64,000 nucleotides of DNA, taken from positions 3,897-67,896 of the forward strand of contig JAJSAH010000020.1 in assembly GCA_024274875.1 (NCBI GenBank). Reading direction: 5' to 3'. Below are positions 45,658 through 54,200 of the stretch, one piece after another. The notes beneath the pieces are model-generated. The model saw only the letters and a list, made by a program, of their open reading frames with translations. It was not told the origin of the DNA and searched no databases. The stretch is from an archaeon (GTDB taxonomy: Archaea > Micrarchaeota > Micrarchaeia > CAILAH01). The position numbers and the translations under genes were made by a program. Within the stretch, counting starts at the first letter, position 1; each line of letters starts with the position of its first letter.

Positions 45658-47040
45658 CTATATGAATGTAAGCATGTTTACCACTGATTCATCACCGCCG
45701 AACGCTTCAACAAGCGCTTTCATGCCGCTCAGCACAAACACTATGTTAAAGAACGGCATGAAAAATGCATACGCAAACATATCTGCGCTCATGGCAATTT
45801 GGCTTGCGATGGCTTCTCCAATCTGAATGCCTACCAATCCAGGACCGCTCAAAATCAATGACAATACGGCCGATACGGATGTAAGCACGCTGTACACCAA
45901 GCTTATTATGGTCCATAAGACATCAAATGTCCATACAACTACGCCCAATACAGGAAATATGGATACGCATACAGCAATGCATATGTACCTCAAGAAGCCT
46001 GACGGGCATTGGTCAACAAGCCAATTGAAAAAGTCCCATAAATATACTGGTATGTTAAGCAGGCTGAAAAAATTAACTATATCTGAGGGCAGGCCTGATG
46101 CAGATGACACAGTGCTATCCATGCTTATGCCTAAATTGTTTAATCCTGCATCGCGCAAAAGAATCTCGGAAGATGTGCTCCCTGAAGAATCTATGCCTGT
46201 CAACTGGCCTGATGCGCTAAGCTGCGAATACACCGCTGCCTCAAACACAAGTATCAACTTGAAGAACAAAAACCCGCCTAAAAATATGCCTAATAAAGTG
46301 CTTCCCATCCTCCTCGTAAAAGTGAATGCGCGGAGAAATAACGCAAGGCCTATGAATATGTGAATTGTTTTCTCAAAAAATGCCAGCAGAAGCATCTGCC
46401 CGGTTATAGAGATAATTGCTGTAATAAGTATGGGCATGAACATGCTCGCAAATACCATAACTAAAGAATATGCTGTCTGCGGCGCGTAGTAGAATGAATA
46501 CGTCCAGCTCACAAAAAATGTGTTGTATGCTGCGGGAGACCAACTAATTGCGTTGAGCAATGATGCAAAAGATGTAAACTGCGAAAGGCCAACCAACTGG
46601 TCAACTGATGAATGAATCACTGAAGAAAAAACTTCTTGATATGTTTGATCAGGAGTAAATGAATTTACCAACGCATCGAATACCGGGAAAAATGCAACTA
46701 TCAGAGCAGCATACACCGTGCTCATAAACACTTCCCTAAGCTCTGCTCTGCTCCAAATCTCCAACTCCCTTGAAGAGAATATTGAAGCGCCCATAAACCC
46801 TAACGCAACGATTGCATATGAAATTATCAGCGCAATCGCAATCCCATAATCAAATAGAAAACTTTCCAAACCAGTATCCTGCGGTGGGACCTGAAACTCA
46901 GATCCTTGCACTCCCGCCTGCGGAAATGCTTCGAGCTCTGAGCCCTGGCCTTGCAACGGATGAACCTGAGAATAAGCCGCGCCTGCAATTAAAATGAAAA
47001 AAAGCACCGGCAAGAACAGGCGGTTAGCGCTTGCATCCAT
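45658..47040 (-). CDS. CedA/VirB6-like multi-pass membrane protein (paralogue 1)
   Basis: FMGA...WSRAELREV; LALFLRAFTFTRRMGSTLLG; FGGD; start moved to ATG at 47040. Confidence 0.6.
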   Translation of the reverse strand: MDASANRLFLPVLFFILIAGAAYSQVHPLQGQGSELEAFPQAGVQGSEFQVPPQDTGLESFLFDYGIAIALIISYAIVALGFMGASIFSSRELEIWSRAELREVFMSTVYAALIVAFFPVFDALVNSFTPDQTYQEVFSSVIHSSVDQLVGLSQFTSFASLLNAISWSPAAYNTFFVSWTYSFYYAPQTAYSLVMVFASMFMPILITAIISITGQMLLLAFFEKTIHIFIGLALFLRAFTFTRRMGSTLLGIFLGGFLFFKLILVFEAAVYSQLSASGQLTGIDSSGSTSSEILLRDAGLNNLGISMDSTVSSASGLPSDIVNFFSLLNIPVYLWDFFNWLVDQCPSGFLRYICIAVCVSIFPVLGVVVWTFDVLWTIISLVYSVLTSVSAVLSLILSGPGLVGIQIGEAIASQIAMSADMFAYAFFMPFFNIVFVLSGMKALVEAFGGDESVVNMLTFI

Positions 47041-47098
47041 AACTTGAATTCGCTGATTAAATATATAAATATGATATGAAATATAGCTTTGACATAAC
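47041..47098. promoter_or_regulatory. Likely bidirectional archaeal promoter
   Basis: 58-bp AT-rich gap with ttaaatatataaat between divergent start codons. Confidence 0.55.
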
Positions 47099-50000
47099 AT
47101 GAGCATGAAAGCTTTGCACAGCAGTTTGCTAGCCATATTTGTAATTTCGTTGTTAGCGCTTAACCTAATCCATGCTAGCGCAGGATGTCTTATTCAAAAA
47201 ATCCCCACAGCGCTTGAGTTAAAAGAATCATACGATCCAGACACAAACAAGCTAATACTTTATGCTAAGTTGACATACATAGACCCAAATACTGGATTGG
47301 GCAAACCGCTCGAACAAAAAAAACTTAAATTCTACGTGAATTACACCACATCGCAAGGCAGTGAAAAAACTGATTCTTCAGTTTTATTTACTGACAGCAA
47401 AGGGAAGGCATCTGCGTTATTCGTTCTAAGCAATGCAGCAGAGCATAATTCAGCGGTTGTCTTTGAAGGCGATGATCTGTTTGGGAAAAGCATAGGCACA
47501 TTAAGCGGTGCGAAGGGCGCGCCGCAATCGTTTGAAACAAATCTTCCTGAAGGCATAAACATTACTACATGCATGCCGCTGCTTCTGCTGTTGGGATTTC
47601 TCGGTGCAGCGATGTATGCATCTGGAATGAATCCGTTTGGAGCTATTGATTTTACCGCGCCGCGCGGATTTACGATGCAGCGCAGGCTAAGGAAAGCATA
47701 CCAAGCAGGGTGGTTCTCAAGCATCGCAAGAGCTGTAGGGGGAACGCTGAGCGCAGTCGGCAGGTCAATGGTTAAAGGAAAAGGGGTTAAGGAAGAGGCG
47801 ATGAAAGAAGGAGAGAATGCAAACGAACAGAAGACCAAAGAGAAACTGCCTGTTAAGGGTAAGGGCAAGGGCAAATTGCCTACAAAAAGCAAAGGCGTGC
47901 GCATGGCCAGCAAGCAAGCGAAAAAAGCAATGGCCGCAAAAAAGCCTGTTGCAAAACCTAAAAAAATGGAAAAACCTCTGGGAGCGAAAGCAACGCTTGG
48001 AAAAGCCGCTCCAAAAGATGTTAGTTTAGAACAGCCAAAGACAGCTATCGCGCTCACCGCAACAGCAGGTTATGGGTTGATGCTCGACTTTTTAGGATGC
48101 ATTGCATCCGCCATGGGCGGCAATGTATGGGCTGCTAGTGGAATGAAGCTCAAAAAGCTCGATTTCATTAAAGATGGAAATAAGTACAAAGGTTATGTTA
48201 TACTCACGAACGCAACAACTCAAATCGTCAAAAAAGCTCTCTTTGAAGCTGCAAAAGAGCTATGGGCTAATAATTCATCTGTGCGCGAGGTAGGAAGCGC
48301 TTTGGCAAATGCAGTGCGTCAACTATCAGTGAATGCAGAGATTGGAAAAGACCTTGCAAAACGATTGGAAGAAGCAGTAGACTCGTTAAAAAACAAAGAA
48401 AAAAAGCTTAAAAAATCCATCAAATCGCTAAAAAAAGAAATAGAAAAAATCGAAGATAAGATGGATGTTGTGGGACCTGAAGAAAGAAAGTCACTCGCAA
48501 AGAAGCTTAATGAGAAAAACATTGAGCTGGACCTTGCTAAAGAACATCTCAGCGATGTTAAAGAAAGGATTACTGCTATTGAGGGAAAGATAAAAGCAAC
48601 TGAATCAATCATTGGAATGCCTACAAGGCTTGAGCAGATTGCGGAAGGCGCAAAACAGGTGAGCGAGATTGAAGAATCGCTTGCTGAAGTGCGTGAATCA
48701 GCGAAAAAAATATTTGAAGAGTTTGGCAGGGAGATGGGCGTAAGAAGGTATGACCAAATAAAAGTGAATAATCTCGAAGAATTCGCAAAACAATTAGAAA
48801 AGAAAGGCGATACTGAGAGGGCTGCACAGCTTCGAAACATGCTTGATGAATTCAAATCGAGCATGATTGATGCAGCGAACGCGCTAAGCAATGCGAGCAT
48901 GTTTGTGGGAAGTTCAAACGCAATGATACATAAAGGAAGCAAATTGTTGGGCGAATCTAGATTCCTTGCGGATGTTGATTCAAAAACTGTGCTGCAAGCA
49001 AAGTTGGGGGATATGGCAAGAAACCTGGATAATGCCATTGTTGGTTTCAACACGGTCAAAACCATGATTGATAATGGAATTCCAGTGAATTACAACATAG
49101 CTGTGAACTGCATAGATGATTTGACTGCTACGCTCGCAGCGCAGGGCATCAAATCAAAAAAGCTTGATGAACTGAGAATTAAAATGCATGAGTTAATTAA
49201 AAACCCTGAAACTGCCAGCGAAACCTTGAAAAGCATGCTCTCAATCGCGGATACGGATGTTTTACAAAATATTCGCAAGCACACCGAAAAATATGGCGTG
49301 CAGATAAAAACGCGCGGAGAGTTTGATAAGTTTATAACTAATATGAATGAGAAAGTGCAAAAAGCCGAAAAACCCGTGCAGGAAAAATTAGCTGAACCTG
49401 TTAAAAATCTTAAAGAATCCTATGATGCGCTGATTTCGTTCAGGGAACAGATGAAAGAGAATAAAGAGGTTGATTATCAGAAGCTAAACGAGCAAATCAA
49501 TAAAGCTAAAGAGTCGATTAACGCGCTTGGAATCAAACCCCCTGAAGCGCTTGACAAAATTAAGGAGAAAATTAAAGAACAGCCTGAATATGCAGATGAC
49601 AAATCTATCGGCAATATAATTGCAACAATAGATGTAGAAATTCTTCCTGAAGTAAAGAAACTGGCTGAGGAGAATAATCTTGAAGTAACCACAGAAAGCA
49701 GGTTTGATGAATATGTAAAAAATCTGAAGAAAGAATCAACGAAAGCGTGGGAGAAGAAAGACAAATATGTAAAAGAATACATGGCGGAGAAAGCAAAGAG
49801 CATGGCAAAAACTGAAAAAGAAAAAAAGATGGCTTCTAAATCTCCTGAGGCGGTGGTGCTGCGTCCAGTTGAACAGCCAATACCAAAAAACATAAAACTT
49901 GAAACCCCGCATTACGATGAAATTGTTAAGGAATTAAATAGAAGAAGTTACGAAAAGCTTGACAGATCGATAGAAGAAAGGAATAAACAGATTAACGACT

Positions 50001-50227
50001 TCTTGGAAATAGTTCCTGAAGAAAAACGGGATGCGATGGAGAAAGAACTATTTAATGAAAGACCGTTAATGCAAATGGATTTTGGAACGCTTGGCCCTCA
50101 AAAAGTTTTAGATATAGCTGAGGAAGAGGGGATAAGCAAAAGCGTGATAAAAGATGCAAAAAGAGAGATCGAGGGAATTAATCTTTTAAGAGAGGCATTG
50201 GGCCTTCAAAATGAATCTTCTGAATAA
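47099..50227 (+). CDS. Large membrane protein: signal peptide, Ig-like exported domain, TM, long Lys/Glu-rich coiled-coil region
   Basis: Signal-like N-terminus; TM LLLLLGFLGAAMYA followed by GMNPFGAIDFTAPR; heptad-rich C-terminal two thirds. Confidence 0.7.
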   Translation: MSMKALHSSLLAIFVISLLALNLIHASAGCLIQKIPTALELKESYDPDTNKLILYAKLTYIDPNTGLGKPLEQKKLKFYVNYTTSQGSEKTDSSVLFTDSKGKASALFVLSNAAEHNSAVVFEGDDLFGKSIGTLSGAKGAPQSFETNLPEGINITTCMPLLLLLGFLGAAMYASGMNPFGAIDFTAPRGFTMQRRLRKAYQAGWFSSIARAVGGTLSAVGRSMVKGKGVKEEAMKEGENANEQKTKEKLPVKGKGKGKLPTKSKGVRMASKQAKKAMAAKKPVAKPKKMEKPLGAKATLGKAAPKDVSLEQPKTAIALTATAGYGLMLDFLGCIASAMGGNVWAASGMKLKKLDFIKDGNKYKGYVILTNATTQIVKKALFEAAKELWANNSSVREVGSALANAVRQLSVNAEIGKDLAKRLEEAVDSLKNKEKKLKKSIKSLKKEIEKIEDKMDVVGPEERKSLAKKLNEKNIELDLAKEHLSDVKERITAIEGKIKATESIIGMPTRLEQIAEGAKQVSEIEESLAEVRESAKKIFEEFGREMGVRRYDQIKVNNLEEFAKQLEKKGDTERAAQLRNMLDEFKSSMIDAANALSNASMFVGSSNAMIHKGSKLLGESRFLADVDSKTVLQAKLGDMARNLDNAIVGFNTVKTMIDNGIPVNYNIAVNCIDDLTATLAAQGIKSKKLDELRIKMHELIKNPETASETLKSMLSIADTDVLQNIRKHTEKYGVQIKTRGEFDKFITNMNEKVQKAEKPVQEKLAEPVKNLKESYDALISFREQMKENKEVDYQKLNEQINKAKESINALGIKPPEALDKIKEKIKEQPEYADDKSIGNIIATIDVEILPEVKKLAEENNLEVTTESRFDEYVKNLKKESTKAWEKKDKYVKEYMAEKAKSMAKTEKEKKMASKSPEAVVLRPVEQPIPKNIKLETPHYDEIVKELNRRSYEKLDRSIEERNKQINDFLEIVPEEKRDAMEKELFNERPLMQMDFGTLGPQKVLDIAEEEGISKSVIKDAKREIEGINLLREALGLQNESSE

Positions 50228-50595
50228 AAGGAATCTACTCGGTTGTCAATGTGCGCGCGGTCTTTCCCGTACACATGAGGCAGCAGGGCGCCGCTGAATG
50301 TCTTAGGTATGTGGAGGAGCTCGTGCAAAATCGTCTTCTCCTTCTCAATGCTGCTTAGCTTATCAAAATGTTCATGCAACACTTCTAAAACATAAAATGC
50401 ATCAATATCAAGAGCAATTTTCCAAACCTGCGGCATGCTCCATATCCTAGCATAAGCGTTAGCTTTGCTGCCATAAGACCGCACGCAAAGAATCCTGTAT
50501 GAATTTATATGCGTTAATTTATCCCTAAATTTCTCGCTAACATTGATAACGATTGCATCAACATCAGGAGCTTTCTCATATCGCATCCTAACCAT
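50206..50595 (-). CDS. Putative zinc metallopeptidase
   Basis: YEKAPD, RS.GSK..AYARIW, HELLHIP..FSGAL.PH. Confidence 0.8.
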   Translation of the reverse strand: MVRMRYEKAPDVDAIVINVSEKFRDKLTHINSYRILCVRSYGSKANAYARIWSMPQVWKIALDIDAFYVLEVLHEHFDKLSSIEKEKTILHELLHIPKTFSGALLPHVYGKDRAHIDNRVDSFYSEDSF

Positions 50596-50622
50596 ATAAT
50601 ACTTTTCACCATAAACAATTTT

Positions 50623-51147
50623 ATGGGTATCACAATTCTAAGACTCGGGCATCGCATAATCAGGGATCAAAGAATCACGACGCATGTTGCGCTAACAGCA
50701 AGAGCTTTTGGAGCGGACAGAGTAATAATTAGCGGTGAAAAGGATGATGGGGTTGTGCATAGCGTTGCAGGAGTTTGCGAAGAATTTGGGGGAGATTTTG
50801 CCATTGAATACGCAAAAGACTGGAGAGCAATCATCAAGGAGTGGAAAGGTTTGGTTGTTCATCTAACTATGTATGGAATGCAATTTAACGAAGTTATTCA
50901 AGAAATTCGAGCCCATGAAAAGCATGGCGAAATTCTTGCGGTTGTGGGGGGCTCCAAAGTGCCGCCAGAAGTGTATGATTGGGCGGATTATAATGTTGCA
51001 ATCGGCAATCAACCGCACTCTGAAGTTGCCGCAGTTGCAGTGTTCTTAAGGGAGATCATCGATGAAGAAGAGGTTGAGCGTAAGTTCAAGGACGCAAAAA
51101 AGACAATCGTGCCATCTCCAAAGGGAAAAAAAGTAGTGGAACATTAA
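50623..51147 (+). CDS. trm56: tRNA (cytidine(56)-2'-O)-methyltransferase aTrm56
   Basis: LRLGHR..RD.RITTHV.L.ARAFGA, VHLTMYG, KVP, IGNQPHSEVAA. Confidence 0.96.
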   Translation: MGITILRLGHRIIRDQRITTHVALTARAFGADRVIISGEKDDGVVHSVAGVCEEFGGDFAIEYAKDWRAIIKEWKGLVVHLTMYGMQFNEVIQEIRAHEKHGEILAVVGGSKVPPEVYDWADYNVAIGNQPHSEVAAVAVFLREIIDEEEVERKFKDAKKTIVPSPKGKKVVEH

Positions 51148-51176
51148 ATATTAAGTTTTAGTGCGTAATTTATGCA

Positions 51177-51476
51177 ATGGATAAGCAAACAGTAATAAAT
51201 GCGCTTAAAGAAGTAATCGATCCTGAAATAGGAGTGAACATAGTCGATTTAGGGCTCATATATGATGTAAGCGTAGAAGGAAACGATGTTAGAATTAAGA
51301 TGACGCTGACTACGCCTATGTGCCCTCTGGGCCCGATGATCGTTGATAATGTGAGGAAACGCGTTGAAAAAATTGATGGAATCGGCGATGTGGATGTGCA
51401 GGTTGTGTTCGAGCCTGCATGGTCTGCGGACCGGATTGACCCAAAAGTGAGGGAAAAACTTGGGTTTGAGGTGTGA
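51177..51476 (+). CDS. DUF59 / SufT-PaaD Fe-S cluster assembly protein
   Basis: VIDPEIGVNIVDLGLIY, MTLTTP.CP, F.P.W. Confidence 0.93.
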   Translation: MDKQTVINALKEVIDPEIGVNIVDLGLIYDVSVEGNDVRIKMTLTTPMCPLGPMIVDNVRKRVEKIDGIGDVDVQVVFEPAWSADRIDPKVREKLGFEV

Positions 51477-52216
51477 TTATGGTTGTTGAACTTGCATGGA
51501 AAACATTTAAGAACAATTTAGGGTTGCTGCTCGTATTTTCTGTATCATTCTTGCTTGGGTTTTTGATGCCCATCGTTGCGAGCACTCCAACTTACAACGC
51601 AATAGGTGGCGTGTTCTTAAGGTTTATGAGCCTGCCGGAAATGACTGCTCTTGATGCAGTTTTCATAGCAGTTGCATTCCTTGTGTCAAATTACTTCATA
51701 TCATTTGGAATAGTGGCGGCAAACCTCATTGTGAAAAAAGAGCGCATGATGATTAATCTAACGAGAGAAGCGCTGAACAGCATATCAAAATACACTGCAG
51801 TTGTGTTCATGGTGTTTGTGTTTTTATTCATGATTAATGCAGCAGTGCAAGTAGCGCTTGCCGAACTGCAGGCGCCTTATTGGATTTCAGCAATCATATT
51901 CATCCTTATATACCTGCCCTCGTTTTACATAGGTCCAGCAATCGTTATAGATGAGCTTAAGCCGTTCCATGCGCTCAAGGTCAGCGCAAAACACATAAAG
52001 ATGCGTCCTATGAGAGTTGTTAAATGGGTTATTGCTGGATTGGCAATGCTGTTCATCACAACTTATGTAAGTTATCTAATCGCGCCGGCATATTTCCAGT
52101 GGATTACTATTTTAATAAATTCGTTCTTAATCATACCGTTCCTTTTAGTATACCAATCGCACTGCTACCTGGAAAAGTACGGTATACTAAAGAAGAAAGC
52201 AAGACGAAAGAGGTGA
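51473..52216 (+). CDS. Hypothetical multi-pass membrane protein
   Basis: About 6 hydrophobic segments; P.IVID....F.AL..S motif. Confidence 0.7.
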   Translation: MIMVVELAWKTFKNNLGLLLVFSVSFLLGFLMPIVASTPTYNAIGGVFLRFMSLPEMTALDAVFIAVAFLVSNYFISFGIVAANLIVKKERMMINLTREALNSISKYTAVVFMVFVFLFMINAAVQVALAELQAPYWISAIIFILIYLPSFYIGPAIVIDELKPFHALKVSAKHIKMRPMRVVKWVIAGLAMLFITTYVSYLIAPAYFQWITILINSFLIIPFLLVYQSHCYLEKYGILKKKARRKR

Positions 52217-52220
52217 GCAA

Positions 52221-52967
52221 ATGTTTAAGATTGATCTGGATGATGTAAAGGATTTTAGGAGCGCTATGGAAGCGCTGGGCAATTTAATAGATGAAGGCGA
52301 GTTCTCAATAACTAAAAAGGGTATGGGCTTGCATGCGCTTGACCCATCGCAGATTGCGATGGTGATATTCAACATGCCCGACTCAGCATTCTCAAATTAT
52401 GAAGCTGACAGCGAGCAAAAAGTTGGAGTGAAGCTCGATAATTTCAACAAAATACTCTCCAGAGGCAAAGGTAGCCGCATGAGCTTATACGACATGGATA
52501 ACAAGCTTGTTGTTGAGTTTAAAGGCGAGAAAAGCAAAAAAAGCTTCAAAATACCTATTATTGAGATAGGGCCAGGCGTTGAAAGAGAACCTAAGGTTGA
52601 GCATGATGTTAATATTGCTATGAGAGCAAGCGCTTTGAAGGATGCTGTCAGAGATGTATCGCTCGTAAGTTCGCATATCACATTGGAAGCAAAAGGGAAA
52701 ACATTAAAAATCAGCGCAAGCGGTGATGATGCAGAAGCAGAGGTAGAGTTTGAGCAGGGCGAGGACAGCGGAATCAAAGAGATGGAGGTTAAGAATGCTG
52801 CAAGAGCAACATTTCCTGTGCAGTATTTGGATGATATGATTAAAGGCGCAGAGGACAGCAGCGATATAAAAATCGCGCTGAGAACAAACGCGCCCATCAA
52901 AATAAGCTATTCGCTCGGAAATGCAGAATTCACTTATTATTTGGCGCCTAGGATCGACCTGGAATAG
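52221..52967 (+). CDS. pcn: DNA polymerase sliding clamp PCNA
   Basis: LIDE..F, ALDPSQIAM, C-terminal YYLAPRI. Confidence 0.96.
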   Translation: MFKIDLDDVKDFRSAMEALGNLIDEGEFSITKKGMGLHALDPSQIAMVIFNMPDSAFSNYEADSEQKVGVKLDNFNKILSRGKGSRMSLYDMDNKLVVEFKGEKSKKSFKIPIIEIGPGVEREPKVEHDVNIAMRASALKDAVRDVSLVSSHITLEAKGKTLKISASGDDAEAEVEFEQGEDSGIKEMEVKNAARATFPVQYLDDMIKGAEDSSDIKIALRTNAPIKISYSLGNAEFTYYLAPRIDLE

Positions 52968-52984
52968 ATGCAGAAAACAGAAAA

Positions 52985-54187
52985 TTAAAATTGGTGCTGC
53001 AAAGCAGCAGCAAGCCTCCGTATGCTTGCGCGGTATGCAGCCTCTCTATAACTTATTTTATCGGTTTTTTCAGATAATACCCTTGAGAATGCGCGGTCCA
53101 TAACTACTTTAAGCTTATCTACCACTGCATCATAATCGTATACATTGCCTTCCCTGTTCTGCACCCATTCTAAATAACTTGCAGATACGCCGCCGCAATT
53201 CACAAGAATGTCAGGAAGCACCTCAACACCATTCTCTGCAAGTATTTGGTCTGCTTCGGGGGTTATTGGATTATTGGCTGCTTCAAACACATACTTAGCT
53301 TTAATCTTATCTGCATTATCCCTCCTAATCTGATTATCTAATGCTGCAGGCACGAGCGTATCGCAATCTAACTCAAGCAGTCGCTCATTGCTTACTTTAT
53401 CGCCTTTTTCAAACTCTTGCACAGGTTTGCGCGAACGCTTAAACTCGATAAGCGCAGGGATGTCCAATCCATCTGAATTATAAATTCCGCCTTTGGAATC
53501 GCTCACTGCAACAACTTTGTATCCATTCTCATGCAGTATGCGCGCAAGATTCATACCTACATTGCCAAAACCTTGTATTGCAATGCCAGCTTTCTTTGAA
53601 ATGTTATGCCGTTTAAACACGCTCATCATTATGAAATAAGCGCCTCTGCCCGTTGCTTCGCCCCTTCCTTTAAGACCGTTAAAGTCCACAGGCTTGCCAG
53701 TAAAAGAAGCAAACTCTTTCCTGCCAGCCAAACTATTGTATTCATCAACCATCCAAGCCATAACCTCTGCATTAGTGTTCACATCTGGGGCCGGAATATC
53801 AACATCTGGCCCTATGAATTTGAATAGGTTGCGGACATATGATTTAGATACGCGTTCAATTTCAGTTTTGCTGAATTGTTTAGGATTGAATTGCACGCCG
53901 CCTTTTCCGCCACCGTAAGGCAAACCTGCAAGCGAGTTCTTGAATGTCATTAACTTTGATAGTAAAACTACCTCATCTCTGTCAACATTCTCATGAAACC
54001 TTATGCCTCCCTTGCAAGGCCCAAGAGCCGAATTATACTGAGACCTAAACCCTTTAAGAAATATTACATCACCATCATCCTTCCTCAATGGAAACGTGAA
54101 CTCAATCACGCGTTCAGGATGCTCCAAACGCTCAGCGTATTTTTTATCCACGCCAAGCGCATCAACAGATTCTTGTATTAAATCCAT
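52985..54187 (-). CDS. gdhA: Glutamate dehydrogenase (Glu/Leu/Phe/Val family)
   Basis: GP.KGGIRFH, LPYGGGKGG, DIPAPDVNT, ATGRG, QGFGNVG, EAAN.P, PD.L.N.GGV..SY.EWVQN; start ATG 54187. Confidence 0.93.
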   Translation of the reverse strand: MDLIQESVDALGVDKKYAERLEHPERVIEFTFPLRKDDGDVIFLKGFRSQYNSALGPCKGGIRFHENVDRDEVVLLSKLMTFKNSLAGLPYGGGKGGVQFNPKQFSKTEIERVSKSYVRNLFKFIGPDVDIPAPDVNTNAEVMAWMVDEYNSLAGRKEFASFTGKPVDFNGLKGRGEATGRGAYFIMMSVFKRHNISKKAGIAIQGFGNVGMNLARILHENGYKVVAVSDSKGGIYNSDGLDIPALIEFKRSRKPVQEFEKGDKVSNERLLELDCDTLVPAALDNQIRRDNADKIKAKYVFEAANNPITPEADQILAENGVEVLPDILVNCGGVSASYLEWVQNREGNVYDYDAVVDKLKVVMDRAFSRVLSEKTDKISYREAAYRASIRRLAAALQHQF

Positions 54188-54200
54188 GCAAACCACGCTC

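Noticed and set aside
26563-47040. Provirus or integrated conjugative plasmid
   Set aside because: No recognisable integrase, relaxase, primase, capsid, terminase or flanking direct repeats; RBS style matches the neighbouring core genes.
47099-50227. SMC/Rad50 ATPase or chemoreceptor
   Set aside because: Coiled coil is present, but I saw no Walker A/B, signature motif or MCP hairpin motif.
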